Source of the DNA: Eledone cirrhosa
Lineage: Eukaryota
Direction: 5' to 3'
Assembly (NCBI GenBank): GCA_964016885.1
Contig: OZ024765.1
Coordinates: forward strand, 4,464,001-4,528,000
DNA length: 64,000 nucleotides
The notes under the pieces were generated by a model, which was given only the letters and a program-made list of their open reading frames with translations, was not told the origin of the DNA and made no database searches. The position numbers were made by a program, and so were the translations under genes. This document shows, piece by piece, positions 26,479-40,974 of this stretch (positions are counted from its first letter, which is position 1; the number at the start of each line of letters is the position of its first letter).

Positions 26479-27021
26479 GCTGTTTGGTGTGTGTGTGTGT
26501 GGCTGTTTGGTGTGTGTGTGTGTGTGTGTGGCTGTTTGGTGTGTGTGTGTGTGTGTGTGTGTGGCTGTTTGATGTGTGTAGGGTGTGTGTGTGGCTGTTT
26601 GATGTGTGTAGGGTGTGTGTGGCTGTGTGATGTGTGTAGGGTGTGTGTTGCTGTGTGATGTGTGCAGGGTGTGTGTGGCTGTGTGATGTGTGTAGGGTGT
26701 GTGTGGCTGTGTGATGTGTGCAGGGTGTGTGTGGCTGTGTGATGTGTGTAGGGTGTGTGTGGCTGTGTGATGTGTGCAGGGTGTGTGTGAGTCTGTATGA
26801 TGTGTGTAGGAGATGGGAGGGCGCATGAGTCTGAGTGTGAATGTGTGTGTATGTATATGTACAGTACTCTACATAATGTAGAGTACAGTGTACTCTACAT
26901 TATGTACAGTGTATTCTACATAGTGTACAGTACTGGTATGACAAGAGTGGAAAGAAGGTTTTTTGAGGGGTTGTTTTGATGACAACATCCCAGTGATAAA
27001 ATTTGCTCCGGACATAACAGA

Positions 27022-27100
27022 CGTGTCTGAAAGAACCTGCAGAAGTAGAATCAGCCAGGACCATGACTCGAGCTACATGCCGGCGAAACATTTGTAACAT
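27022..27100 (+). ncRNA. Degenerate hammerhead-like motif
   Basis: CGTGT-CTGAAAGA-(imperfect stem II)-GAAA-CATTTG-TA-ACAT; the inverted copy at 27176-27203 reads ACACG, completing stem I. Confidence 0.45.
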
Positions 27101-27341
27101 ATATATTATATATATATTATATATATATTATCAAGAAAACGAAAAATCAGGGATGCATCTGGACTTAGTTTATTTCGTGTTACAAATGTTTAGCCGGCAT
27201 GTACCCCTGGCATTCCCGGTCACGGTTATTCGTGGAATTTTCTTTAGAACCTAACTAATAATTGTTTGTGGAAACCACCACATATTTGTGGAATCGTAAA
27301 TATCTTTCGCAATTATTTATGGCTTTTTTCGTGGCAATATA

Positions 27342-27710
27342 CCCTTTTTCCCGGCGCCGATGACGCTTCATCCTCGAGGAAGCACCCTAATTTCGACAAC
27401 CAAAAATTTGAAAAAAAATAATTGTTTCTACTTTAGGCACAAGGCCAGCAATTACCCAGTACATTACTGGTGCTTTATTTTATCGACCCCGTAAGGATGA
27501 AAGGCAAAGTTAACCTCGGCGGGATTTGAACTCAGACTGTAAAGGGACGTAACTATGCTGGAAAGCATGGCGTCCAACCCTCTACCGATACTGCCAATCC
27601 ACCGCTCTCGGTGAAAAAAATAATAAACAACCTTCGGCTTCCAGTACCCATGGTCGATGTTTGAGAGTTATTTTAGGAAAAAGTAGCATCTTCGATGCCG
27701 GAAAACATGG
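27342..27710. mobile_element. Tc1/mariner-pogo-type MITE with nested Nin-SINE (27419-27605, minus strand)
   Basis: TA flanks; SINE bounded by duplicated TGAAAAAAA(A)TAAT. Confidence 0.7.
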
Positions 27711-28012
27711 TACATATTTTAACACTAAATTATTAATAACAATATACCAATATACCGAATTTGCCGGCATATTGGATGCGCCTTCGCATAAGACGCTCCC
27801 ACTTTTTTTTCATCCTTTCGAGGTCGATATAAAAAGTACCAGTCCAATACTGGGGTTGATTCTTGCTCTATAGAAAAAATTGGCTGTGTTCAGACCTGGA
27901 GAGGGTTGGGGTCAACCAGGTTTAAAAGTGTCTTAGACATACCCATACCGTGTGAGGGTGTCTCTGTGACCCCACAAGGAGTTATGGGATCTTTATCTTC
28001 TTTTTTATATAT

Positions 28013-28315
28013 ATCATCATCATCATCATCATTTCATTTTACGTCCACTTCTCCCTGCTTGCAAGGGTGGGACGGGAACTGATTCTGGCTTGATCTCTAC
28101 AGCTGGATGCCCTTCCTAACACCAACCTCATTTACAGTGAGTGCTGGGTGCTTTATTGCCGTGGCACCTCCACGACCACTTTGCAGTGGAATGATAGGGA
28201 CCCCAGTCCTATCATCTCATTTCTACAGCTGAGTAAACTGGAGCAATGTGAAATAAAGTGTCTTGCTCAAGGAAACAACACATCACCCGGTCTGAGAATT
28301 GAACTCACAACCTGA
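28013..28315 (-). mobile_element. CORE-SINE with RTE-type (ATG)n tail
   Basis: Reverse complement of 39980-40323, head truncated. Confidence 0.85.
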
Positions 28316-28324
28316 GAATGGAAC

Positions 28325-29122
28325 TCACCACCACCAACAACACCACCACCACCATCAATACCACCACCACCACCACCACCACCACCATCAACACCAACAA
28401 CACCACCACCACCATCAACACCACCACCACCATCAATACCACCACCACCACCATCAACACCAACAACACCACCACCACCATCAATACCACCACCACCACC
28501 ATCAACACCAACAACACCATCAATACCACCACCACCACCACCACCATCAACACCAACACCACCACCACCACCATCAATACCACCACCACCATCAATACCA
28601 CCACCACCAACAACACCACCACCACCAACAACACCATCAACACCACCACCACCACCCTCATCACCACCACCACCACCACCACCATCATCCCCCAATCTCC
28701 CCATCATCACACCACCATCACCACCACCACCACCATCATCCCCCCATCTCCCCATCATCACACCACCATCACCACCACCACCACCCTCATCACCACCACC
28801 ACCACCCTCATCACCACCACCACCACCACCACTATCACCACCACCACCACCACCACTATCACCACCACCACCACTATCACCACCACCACCACTATCACCA
28901 CCACCACCCTCATCACCACCACTACCACCCTCATCACCACCACCACCACCCTCATCACCACCACCACCACCCTCATCACCACCACCACCACCCTCATCAC
29001 CACTACCACCACCCTCATCACCACCACCACCACCACCACCACCACTATCACCACCACCACCACTACCACCCTCATCACCACCACTACCACCCTCATCACC
29101 ACCACCACCACCATCATCATCA
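28325..29122. repeat. (CAC/CCA)n compound microsatellite
   Basis: Direct reading. Confidence 0.95.
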
Positions 29123-29149
29123 TAAGCTTGTTGCCTTGTTGTGTGTATT

Positions 29150-30565
29150 GAAAGAGAGAGGCCTAGGAAGAAGGCGAGAGGGAGGGAGTGAGAGAATAAC
29201 TGAAAGACCTAGAGGGTAAGAGAGAAAGAGAGAGGGTGAGAGAGAAAGACCTAGAGAGTGAGCTAGAGAGGGTGAGAGAGAAAGAGCAAGAAAGAGTGAG
29301 GGAAAACTAGAGAGAGAAAGAGAGAGTAAGTTATATGAGAGACTGTCAAGTAAAATGTTGTGTACTGTGGGATTTACTATGTTGGGAGAGAGAGAGAGGG
29401 TGTGTGAGAGAGAGGGTGCGAAGGAGAGGGTGTGAGAGAGAGAGAGAGAGCTGGAGAGAAAGTGAGAGTGAGAGAGAGCTGGAGAGAAAGAGGTGAGAGA
29501 GAGAGTGAGAGAGAGAGCAAGTTAGAGAGTGAGTGAGCTAGTGAGAGTAGAGAGTGAGAGAGAGAGAGCAAGTTAAAGAGTGAGTGAGTGATCTGGTGAG
29601 AGAGAGAGTAAGTTAGAGAGTGACTGAGCTAGTGAGAGAGAGTTAGAGAGTGAGTGAGCTAGAGAGGGAGAAAGTAAGCTAGTGAGCTAGAGAGAGAATA
29701 AGCTAGTGAGCTACAGAGAGAGAGTAAGCTAGCGAGTTAGAGAGAGAAAGTAAGCTAGTGAGCTAGAGAGAGAGAGTAAGCTAGCGAACTAGAGAGAGAG
29801 AGAGTGTGTAAGCTAGAGAGAGAGTGAGCTAGAGAGAGAGAATAAGCTAGTGAGCTAGAGAGAGAGAATAAGCTAGTGAGCTAGAGAGAGAGAATAAGCT
29901 AGTGAGCTGGAGAGAGAGAGAGTAAGCTAGTGAGCTAGAGAGAATAAGCTAGTGAGCTACAGAGAGAGAGTAAGCTAGTGAGCTACAGAGAGAGAGTAAG
30001 CTAGCGAGCTAGAGAGAGAGTGTGTGTAAGCTAGTGAGCTAGAGAGAGAGAGAGAGAATAAGCTAGTGAGCTAGAGAGAGTAAGCTAGTGAGCTAGAGAG
30101 AGTAAGCTAGCGAGCTAGAGAGAGAAAGTAAGTTAGTGAGCTAGAGAGAGAGAGAGTAAGCTAGTGAGGAAATGAGAGAGAGAGAGAGAGAGTAAGTTAT
30201 TGAGGTAATGAGAGAGAGTAAGCTAGTGAGGTAATGAGAGAGAGAGAGAGTAAGCTAATGAGGTAATGAGAGAGAGAAAGTAAGCTAGTGAGCTAGAGAG
30301 AGAGAGAGTAAGCTAGTGAGGTAATAAGAGAGAGGGAGAGAGAGAGTAAGTTATTGTATGTTTAAACCACTGTCAAATGAAAATGTTCTGTAGTGATGTG
30401 GGATTTACCATGATGAGAGAGAGATAGAGAGAGAGAGAGAGAGATTTATTGAGTGAGTGAGAGAGTTATTGGGTGAGTGAGTGAGCTAGTGAGAGAGTCA
30501 GTCATTGTATGTTTAAACCTCTGTCAAGTGAAAATGCTCTGTTGTAATGTGGGATTTACCATGAT
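29150..30565. repeat. GA-rich/AGCTAGTGAGCT minisatellite
   Basis: Repeats of taagctagtgagctagagag; three copies of ctgtcaa...gtgggatttac at about 29343, 30370 and 30522. Confidence 0.9.
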
Positions 30566-30654
30566 GAAGTTACCATTGGTATACATGTTTCTACTGATAG
30601 ATGGATGTACAGCTAAAATAGGTAAGGACTGGATATTTATATATATATTTGGTC

Positions 30655-32870
30655 AACACCACACCTTCACACACCATGCTACACCACACCACACTACACC
30701 ATGCCATGCCAAACCACACTACACCACACTACACACCACACTAAACCACACCACACCATGCCATGCCAAACCACACTACACCACACTAAACCACACCACA
30801 CCATGCCATGCCAAACCACACTACACCACACTACACCATGCCATGCCAAACCACACTACACCACACTAAACCACACCACACCATTCCATGCCAAACCACA
30901 CCACACTACACCACACCATGCCATGCCATTCCATGCCAAACCACACTACACCACACCACACCATGCCAAACCACACTACACCACACTAAACCACACCACA
31001 CCATGCCATGCCATTCTATGCCAAACCACACCACACTACACTACACTACATCACACCACACTACACCACACTAAACCATACCACACCATGCCATGCCATG
31101 CCAAACCACACTACACCACACTAAACCACACCACACTACACCAAACTGTTCTACACAACACCACACCACATCATACCACACCAAACTGTCCTACACAACA
31201 CCATATCACACCAAACTGTCCTACACAACACCATATCACACCAAACTGTCCTACACAACACCGCATCACACCACACCACACCACACCACACCATACCACA
31301 CCACACCAAACTGTCTCACACAACACCACACCATACTACACCAAACTGTCCCACACAACACCACACCACACCATACTACACCAAACTGTCCCACACAACA
31401 CCACACTATACCATACCACACCAAACTGTCCCACACAACACCACACCACACCACACCAAACTGTCCCACACAACACCACACCACACCATACCACACCAAA
31501 CTGTCCCACACAACACCACACCACACCATACCACACCACACCAAACTAAACTGTCCCACACAACACCACACCACACCACACCAAACTGTCCTACACAACA
31601 CCACACCACACCACACCAAACTGTCCTACACAACACCACACCATACTACACCAAACTGTCCCACACAACACCACACCACACCATACTACACCAAACTGTC
31701 CAACACAACACAACACCACACCACACCAAACTGTCCTACACAACACTACACCATACCATCCACACCACACCACACCACACCAAACTGTCCTACACAACAC
31801 CACACCATACTACACCAAACTGTCCCACACCACACCACACCATACCATACTACACCAAACTGTCCCACCTAACACCACACCATACTACACCAAACTGTCC
31901 CACACAACAACACACCACACCACACCATACTACACCAAACTGTCCCACACAACACCACACCATACTACACCAAACTGTCCCACACAACACCACACCACAC
32001 CACACCATACTACACCAAACTGTCCCACACCACACCATACCATACTACACCAAACTGTCCCACACAACACCACACCACACCACACCATACTACACCAAAC
32101 TGTCCCACACCACACCACACCATACTACACCAAACTGTCCCACACAACATCACACCATACTACACCAAACTGTCCCACACAACACCACACCACACCACAC
32201 CATACTACACCAAACTGTCCCACACAACACCACACCACACCACACCATACTACACCAAACTGTCCCACACCACACCACACCATACTACACCAAACTGTCC
32301 CACACAACACCACACCACACCATACTACACCAAACTGTCCCACACCACACCACACCACACCATACTACACCAAACTGTCCCACACAACACCACACCACAC
32401 CATACTACACCAAACTGTCCCACACCACACCACACCACACCATACTACACCAAACTGTCCCACACCACACCACACCATACTACACCAAACTGTCCCACAC
32501 AACACCACACCATACCACACCACATGACATTACACCACACTGTGACATGCTATACAGCTAAGTTCAGGATATCACCTAACTGGTCAATACCACACCACAC
32601 CATCCCACACTACATCGCACCACACTACACCAGACCACACCACCCTACATCTACCATACTACACCACACCTCACTATACTGTACCATACTACACCACACT
32701 ACACTCTACCATACTACGCCAGACCAAACCACACCTCACTACATTGTACCATACTACACCACACTGTACCATACTACACCACACTGCACTGTACCATACT
32801 ACACCACACCACACCACACCACACCACACTACACTATGCTATATCACTCCATACCACACCATACCATCAG
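30655..32870. repeat. (CACCA)n pentamer minisatellite with AAACTGTCC spacers
   Basis: Direct reading. Confidence 0.93.
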
Positions 32871-32889
32871 CACCAACAACAGCCGGCCT

Positions 32890-34550
32890 CACCACTTCCA
32901 TCACCACTACTACCACCACTAACACCAACAACAACAACACTATCACCACCACCACCAACAATACCACCACTACCACCACCACCAACAACAACAACAACAC
33001 CACCACCAACAACAACACCAATACCACCACCAACACCACCAACAACAACACCAATACCACCACCAACACCACCAACACCACCACCAACACCAACAACAAC
33101 ACCACCACCAACAACACCACCACCAACACCACCACCAACAACAACACCACCAACAACAACACTAACACCAACACCACCAACACCAACAACACCAACAACA
33201 CCACCAACACCAACAACAACACTACCACCAACAACAACACCACCACCAACAACAATAACACTAACACCAACAACAACACCACCACCACCACCAACAACAC
33301 TAACACCAACACCACCAAAAACAACACCACCACCACCAACAACAACAACACTACCAACAACAGCACCACCACCAACACCAACAACAACACCACCACCAAC
33401 ACCAACAACAACACCAACACCACCACCAACAACAACACCAACACCACCACCACCATTAACAGCACCACCAACAACACCACCACCACCACCACCACCAACA
33501 CCACCAATACCACCACCACCAACACCAACACCACCACCAACAACAACAACACCACCACCACCATTAACAGCACCACCAACAACACCACCACCACTACCAC
33601 CATCAACACCAACAACTCCAACACCACCAACAACGACACCACCACCACCATCAACACCATCACTCCACGACCACCAACAACACCATCACTCCACGACCAC
33701 CATCAACACCACCACCACCACCACCACCACCATCAACACCAACACTCCACGACCACCATCAACACCACCACCACCATCAACACCATCACTCCACGACCAC
33801 CAACAACACCATCACTCCACGACCACCATCAACACCACCACCACCACCACCACCACCATCAACACCAACACTCCACGACCACCATCAACACCACCACCAC
33901 CATCAACAACAACACCTCCACCACCACCACATCACCACACTACAACCACCACTACCACATCACCACACCACTACAACCACCACCACACCACAACTACCAA
34001 CACACCACTACAACAACCACATCACCACACTACAACCACAACTACCAACACACCACTACAACCACCACCACACCACCACCACAACAACCACATCACCACA
34101 CTACAACCACAACTACCAACACACCACTACAACCACCACCACCACAGCGCAACCACCACCACACCACAACCACCACCACACCACTACAACCACCAACACC
34201 ACAACAACAACCACATCACCACACTACAACCACAACTACCAACACCACACCACAACCACCACCACACCACTACAACCACCAACACCACAACAACAACCAC
34301 ATCACCACACTACAACCACAACTACCACCACCACCACCACACCACTACAACCACCACCACACCACAACCACCACCACACCACTACAACCACCAACACCAC
34401 AACAACCACATCACCACACTACAACCACAACTACCAACACACCACTACAACCACCACACCACCACCACCACCACAACAACAACAACCACCACCACCACAA
34501 CAACACACTACAACCACAACCACCACCACCACTACCACAACTACCACTAC
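32890..34550. repeat. (CAA/CAC)n compound microsatellite
   Basis: Direct reading. Confidence 0.93.
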
Positions 34551-34810
34551 AGTGGTCAGTGAAGCATGTTCCATGCAGGTGTTGTGTCTGTTTACAGTTG
34601 TATTGTTTATTACAGCAGCGGTGCACGCTATTTGTGCAGCGAGCTGCGATTAGAAGCTTCAGTTATGTTGTTGTTCATATTTCTACGAGACACCAGTAGA
34701 CAGGAGCTGCACATGGCATCAGATAACATGTGCAGTTGTATGCATTGCATTATATATATATATAGGCGGTGTATTATATATATATATAGGCATTATATAT
34801 ATATATATAA

Positions 34811-35002
34811 GGGCGGTGTATTGGCAGTATCGGTAGAGAGTCAGACGCCGTGCTTTGCAGCAAAGAGTTACGGCCCTTTATGGTCTGAGTTCAAATCCTG
34901 CCGAGGTTAACTTTGCCTTTCATCCCTACGGGGTCGATAAAATAAAGTACCAGTAATACACTGGGATAATTTCTGGCCTTGTGCCAAAAGTAGAAACAAT
35001 TA
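34811..35002 (+). mobile_element. Nin-SINE, full length
   Basis: GGGCGGTG head through GTAGAAACAATTA tail. Confidence 0.87.
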
Positions 35003-35015
35003 TATATATATATAA

Positions 35016-35515
<500 letters not shown>

Positions 35516-35613
35516 ACATACATATATATATATATATATATATGTGTGTACATACATATATATATATGTGTGTGTGTACATACATATATATATATATATA
35601 TATACGCATATAA

Positions 35614-35649
<36 letters not shown>

Positions 35650-35741
35650 AACTTTAATAATAACATTGTTGCTGTTATATCATCATCATCATCATCATCG
35701 TTTAACTTCCATTTTCCACGCTAACATGGGTATATATATGT

Positions 35742-35862
35742 ATAATTGTTTCTACTTTAGGCACAAGGCCAGCAATTACCCAGTACATTACTGGTACTTT
35801 ATTTTATCGGCCCCCGTAAGGTTGAAAGGCAAAGTTAACATCGGCGGGATTTGAACTCAGAC
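35742..35862 (-). mobile_element. Nin-SINE, truncated
   Basis: Reverse complement of the core. Confidence 0.8.
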
Positions 35863-36137
35863 CATATGTATAATACGGGATGTTTGTTTACAAACAAACC
35901 GAGCATTATAATAAATGTTCGGTGAATCCATACGTACATATATATATATGTGTGCATGTATGTATATATATACATACTACTGTACGTCTGTATACATATA
36001 TGTATGTATACATACTTATATTTTAGTAACAGCCGTACTAAGAGTGGGAAATGAAATTTCGTTTCATTTTTTCCGTTTATTTATATATATATATAAATGT
36101 ATATATATATATATATATATAAATGTATATATATATA

Positions 36138-36172
<35 letters not shown>

Positions 36173-36369
36173 AAATGAAGTAATTCCATTGCAAAGGTAC
36201 AGGAAAAAAGAGTGCTCTATGTAGGTTACAAATATATAAATAAATATATATATATATATACACACATACATATATACATATAACATGGAAGATAGACGTT
36301 AAACGATGGTTATGATAAATATATATCTATATATATATATATATTTGTATGTATATATATATATATTTG

Positions 36370-36412
<43 letters not shown>

Positions 36413-36454
36413 ATGTATATATATATATATTTGTATGTATATATATATATATAT

Positions 36455-36647
36455 ATAGGGAAAAGTATGACCCCAACGGCAGAGCTCAAGCCGTTTCGAT
36501 GGCTATTTCTGGACGCATAGCCGTCGAAACGGCTTGAGCTCTGCCGTCGGGGTCATACTTTTTCCTATTACCCACTCTACTACCCTAAGTATTGAGTACT
36601 CTGGTGCGTTATGGTCCATCTGTTTCCGTACCACAACTCCTTTGTTA
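36455..36647. mobile_element. Family B element: palindrome centred on HHR stem II
   Basis: Arms 36455-36506 and 36517-36568; GAAA 36526, GTC 36546; (TA)n on both sides. Confidence 0.75.
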
Positions 36648-36657
36648 TATATATATA

Positions 36658-36772
36658 GTAATAATAATAAATTTGAAGACTAAAATCCAAAGAGGGGTCG
36701 ATAAGGATAAATATATATCCGATATATAAGAACCCTAGAGAAAATATTTATTAAAATAACAGATTAAAGTTT
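36658..36772 (-). mobile_element. Family C element 3' tail
   Basis: gtaataataataaatttgaagactaaaatccaaagagg...aacagattaaagttt. Confidence 0.7.
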
Positions 36773-36828
36773 ATATATACATATATATATATATACACAC
36801 ATAGACATATATACATATACACACACAC

Positions 36829-36871
<43 letters not shown>

Positions 36872-37468
36872 TATAAATATATACATATATAGACTTATAT
36901 ATATATATATATATATACCTGCACGCACATACATATATACATATACACACACACACATAAATATATATATATATACATATACACACATAAATATATACAT
37001 ATACATATACACACATAAATATATATATATATGCCTACACACACATATATATATATATACCTACACACACATAAATATATATATATATACCTACACACAC
37101 ATAAATATATATATACTAACACACACATAATATATATATATACCTACACACACATAAATATATATATATATACCTACACACACATAAATATATATATACC
37201 AACACACACATAATATATATATATACCTACACACACATAAATATATATATATATATATATATACCTACACACACATATATATATACCTACACACACATAA
37301 ATATATATATATACCTACACACACATAAATATATATATATATATATATATATGTGTGTATGTGTGTGTACACACACAGATACACACATATATATATGTCT
37401 ATAACTGTATATATCTATATATACACATATATAACTCTCTGTATATATCTATTTATTTATCTATCTAT

Positions 37469-37510
<42 letters not shown>

Positions 37511-37592
37511 TATATACACATACATATATAATGTCTATATATGTATATATATATATATATCTATATATCTATATATATATATACATATATAC

Positions 37593-37638
<46 letters not shown>

Positions 37639-37992
37639 TGACATCATTGTTTCCATATACACGATGTATACACCATATACACACCTGACCACAGTAAAAT
37701 ACATGTTCACCTATACATATAGTTACCACACTATAAGTACAGTGATGGCTGTATGGTTAAGCTGTTCAATCCATAACCCTCTGGTTTGAAATTCAGTTCC
37801 AGTACGTCATACCTCACTCCAGTGTCTTCTACTATAGCCTTCGCTTCACCATGACCTTTTGGTAGATGTAGAATGTCTAGAAGCCTGTTTATATTGCCAT
37901 ATGTATATATATGTGTAAGTTTTTGTGTATGAGTATGTATATGAATGTATATATATACATTTAAAAAATAGAGGTGTGACACACGAGTTGTG

Positions 37993-38197
37993 ATATATTA
38001 GTAAAAAGGAAAAGAAAATGCTGACAGATTTTTCCCAGTTAAAAATAGTTCAATTAGGAATAAGTATAAATTAGTAATAAGTATTAGTTAGTTGAGTACT
38101 AACTAATACTTATTACTAATTTATACTTATTCCTAATTGAACTATTTTTAACTGGGAAAAATCTGTCAGCATTTTCTTTTCCTTTTTACTAATATAT
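37993..38197. repeat. Perfect palindrome, 100-bp arms, 5-nt spacer
   Basis: 37993-38092 is the reverse complement of 38098-38197 by eye; spacer TGAGT. Confidence 0.9.
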
Positions 38198-38283
38198 ATA
38201 TATATATATATATATACGTTATTCCGGGTTGAATCGGAGGTAACCACAGTAAGTAAGGTACTCAATACATAGCAGAGTATAAC

Positions 38284-38362
38284 AGTTTTAATATAGATGA
38301 GATTCCTGATGATTTCAAATGAATGAAACAGTTCTAGTCCTGTAGAATCTCATCTATATTAA

Positions 38363-38366
<4 letters not shown>
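38284..38366 (+). ncRNA. Family D hammerhead motif with 22-bp stem I
   Basis: CTGATGA 38306, T-TTC-aaat-GAA-T, GAAA 38325, CAG-ttctagtc-CTG-TA; stem I 38284-38305 pairs with 38345-38366. Confidence 0.8.
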
Positions 38367-38395
<29 letters not shown>

Positions 38396-38401
<6 letters not shown>

Positions 38402-38668
38402 GTAGAAGGGGTATTTAATTTGTTGGAAGTCTGACAAATATAAATGTTTATAACTGATTTAGAGCACTCAACAGTTTACTGGAGTAAATATACAATGATA
38501 TTAAATAAATGGAAACTATATTTATAAAACCATATTTATTCTATTATATATATTTCAAGGGTACCAAGACAACATTGGTACACTTTCATCAGATAAAATA
38601 CAAAGTTTGTTTTATAAATAGAGACATAGCCATGAAAATTATACCTTATCGGTTGGAAATTCACTGGA
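38396..38668 (-). mobile_element. Family A element, single orientation
   Basis: Homologous to 16400-16826; (TA)n on both sides. Confidence 0.78.
38537..38600 (-). ncRNA. Type I hammerhead ribozyme motif (intact)
   Basis: TATTTTAT-CTGATGA-AAGTGTACCAA/TTGGTACCCTT-GAAA-TATATA-TA-ATAGAATA. Confidence 0.87.
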
Positions 38669-38669
38669 T

Positions 38670-39280
38670 ATATATATGTGCATGTCTGTGTGTTTATGTA
38701 TATATGTGTGCGTTTATGTATATATGTGTATGTGTGTGTGTGTGTTTATGTATATATGTGTATGTCTGTGTGTTTATGTATATATGTGTGTGTTTATGTA
38801 TATATGTGTGCGTTTATGTATATATGTGTATGTGTGTGTGTGTGTGTGTTTATGTATATATGTGTATGTCTGTGTGTTTATGTATATATGTGTTTATGTA
38901 TGTAAGTGTGTGTATGTGTGTGTTTATGTATATATGTGTGTGTGTGTTTATGTATATATGTGTTTATGTATGTATGTGTGTGTTTATGTATATATGTGTG
39001 TGTGTTTATGTATATATGTGTGTGTTTATGTATATGTGTATGTATGTGTATGTTTGTGTCTGTGTGTTTATGTATATATGTGTGTCTGTGTGTTTATGTA
39101 TATATGTGTGTTTATGTATGTAAGTGTGTATGTGTGTGTTTATGTATATATGTGTGTGTGTTTATGTATATATGTGTGTGTTTATGTATATGTGTATGTA
39201 TGTGTATGTTTGTGTGTGTGTGTTTATGTATATATGTGTGTCTGTGTGTTTATGTATATATGTGTGTTTATGTGTGTATG

Positions 39281-39313
<33 letters not shown>

Positions 39314-39800
39314 GTTTATGTATATATGTGTGTGTGTGTTTATGTATATATGTGTTTATGTATGTATGTGTGTGTTTATGTATATATGTGTGTGTGTTTA
39401 TGTATATATGTGTGTGTTTATGTATATGTGTATGTATGTGTATGTTTGTGTGTGTGTGTTTATGTATATATGTGTGTCTGTGTGTTTATGTATATATGTG
39501 TGTTTATGTGTGTGTGTGTGTGTTTATGTATATATGTGTGTCTGTGTGTTTATGTATATATGTGTGTTTATGTGTGTATGTGTGTGTTTATGTATATATG
39601 TGTGTGTGTGTGGGTTTATGTATATATGTGTGTGTGTGTTTATGTATATATGTGTATGTATGTGTGTGTGTGTGTATATGAATGTATATATGTATGAGTG
39701 TGTGCATAGAGGTATGTATATATATGTATATGTAGATAAGTTTATGAGTATGTGTATATATATATATATATATGTGTGTATATATATTTATGTATACACA
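38670..39800. repeat. TG/TA minisatellite (tgtgtttatgtatatatg)
   Basis: Direct reading. Confidence 0.93.
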
Positions 39801-39902
39801 TGCGAGTGTGGAAAACTGAAGTGAAAACGATGTTGATATGTATATATGTGTATATGTGCATATGTGTATAAGCATGTGTATATGGGTATATCTACATATC
39901 CA

Positions 39903-39956
<54 letters not shown>

Positions 39957-39979
39957 TAGATATGTAGATATACCCATGT

Positions 39980-40323
39980 AGGCACATGGCTTAGTGGTTA
40001 GAGCATCGGCCTTGCAATCGAAAGGTTGTGAGTTCAATTCTCAGACCGGGTAATGTTGTTTCCTTGAGCAAGACACTTTATTTCACATTGCTCCAGTTTA
40101 CTCAGCTGTAGAAATGAGATGATAGGGACTGGGGTTCATATCATTCCACTGCAAAGTGGTCGTGGAGGTGCCACGGCAAAAAAGCACCCAGCACTCACTG
40201 TAAATGAGGTTGGTGTTAGGAAGGGCATCCAGCTGTAGAGATCAAGCCAGAATCAGTTCCCGTCCCACCCTTGCAAGCAGGGAAAAGCGGACGTAAAATG
40301 ATGATGATGATGATGATGATGAT
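39980..40323 (+). mobile_element. Full-length CORE tRNA-SINE with RTE-derived tail
   Basis: A box TGGCTTAGTGG, B box GAGTTCAATTCT, CORE, GGTTGGTGTTAGGAAGGGCATCCAGCTGTAG shared with the RTE 3'UTR, (ATG)n. Confidence 0.88.
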
Positions 40324-40419
40324 ATGTGTGTGTGAGTATACATATATATTTTTGTATATGTATATATTTGTGTATGTATAAAAGTATATATGTATATATG
40401 TATGTGTATATCTGTATAC

Positions 40420-40468
<49 letters not shown>

Positions 40469-40566
40469 CCCAGGTTCAATCGGGGGGGTAACCACAGTAA
40501 GGTACTCAATACATAACAGAGTATAAATGTTTAATATAGAAATGGCTTCTACAGGACTAGTCCCAG

Positions 40567-40618
40567 GGCTTTCCTGATGATTTCCTTCGAATGAAACAGT
40601 TCTAGTCCTGTAGAAGCG
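40567..40618 (+). ncRNA. Family D hammerhead motif
   Basis: GGCTTTC-CTGATGA(40574)-T-TTC-cttc-GAA-T-GAAA(40593)-CAG...CTG-TA-GAAGC; inverted copy of the 3' part at 40534-40560. Confidence 0.75.
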
Positions 40619-40638
40619 ATTTCTATATAAATATTTAC

Positions 40639-40706
<68 letters not shown>

Positions 40707-40974
40707 TATATATCATAATCTATAAAGCTCAGTGTGTGGTCATGTTCCTTTCTTATAGAAATCTACGATATAGAATTTCTTCAATTGAAATTTACAATTC
40801 AGTATTCGAAATAGTTTCGATTGCGTCTTGGCACATCTCATTTTTTCAATTTCACCCACAATTACGCAAAAAATAGATAAAACTCAATATTTTACGATTT
40901 TTCTCTGTGATTTAAACTGCCAAACTCTTTCCACTACCATTCAAAATCTATACAACTTCATACTTTCTGCTTCT

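Noticed and set aside
32744-34699. 651-aa Thr/Asn-rich ORF
   Set aside because: Microsatellite translation.
39980-40050. tRNA gene
   Set aside because: No acceptor stem; it is a SINE head continuing into CORE.
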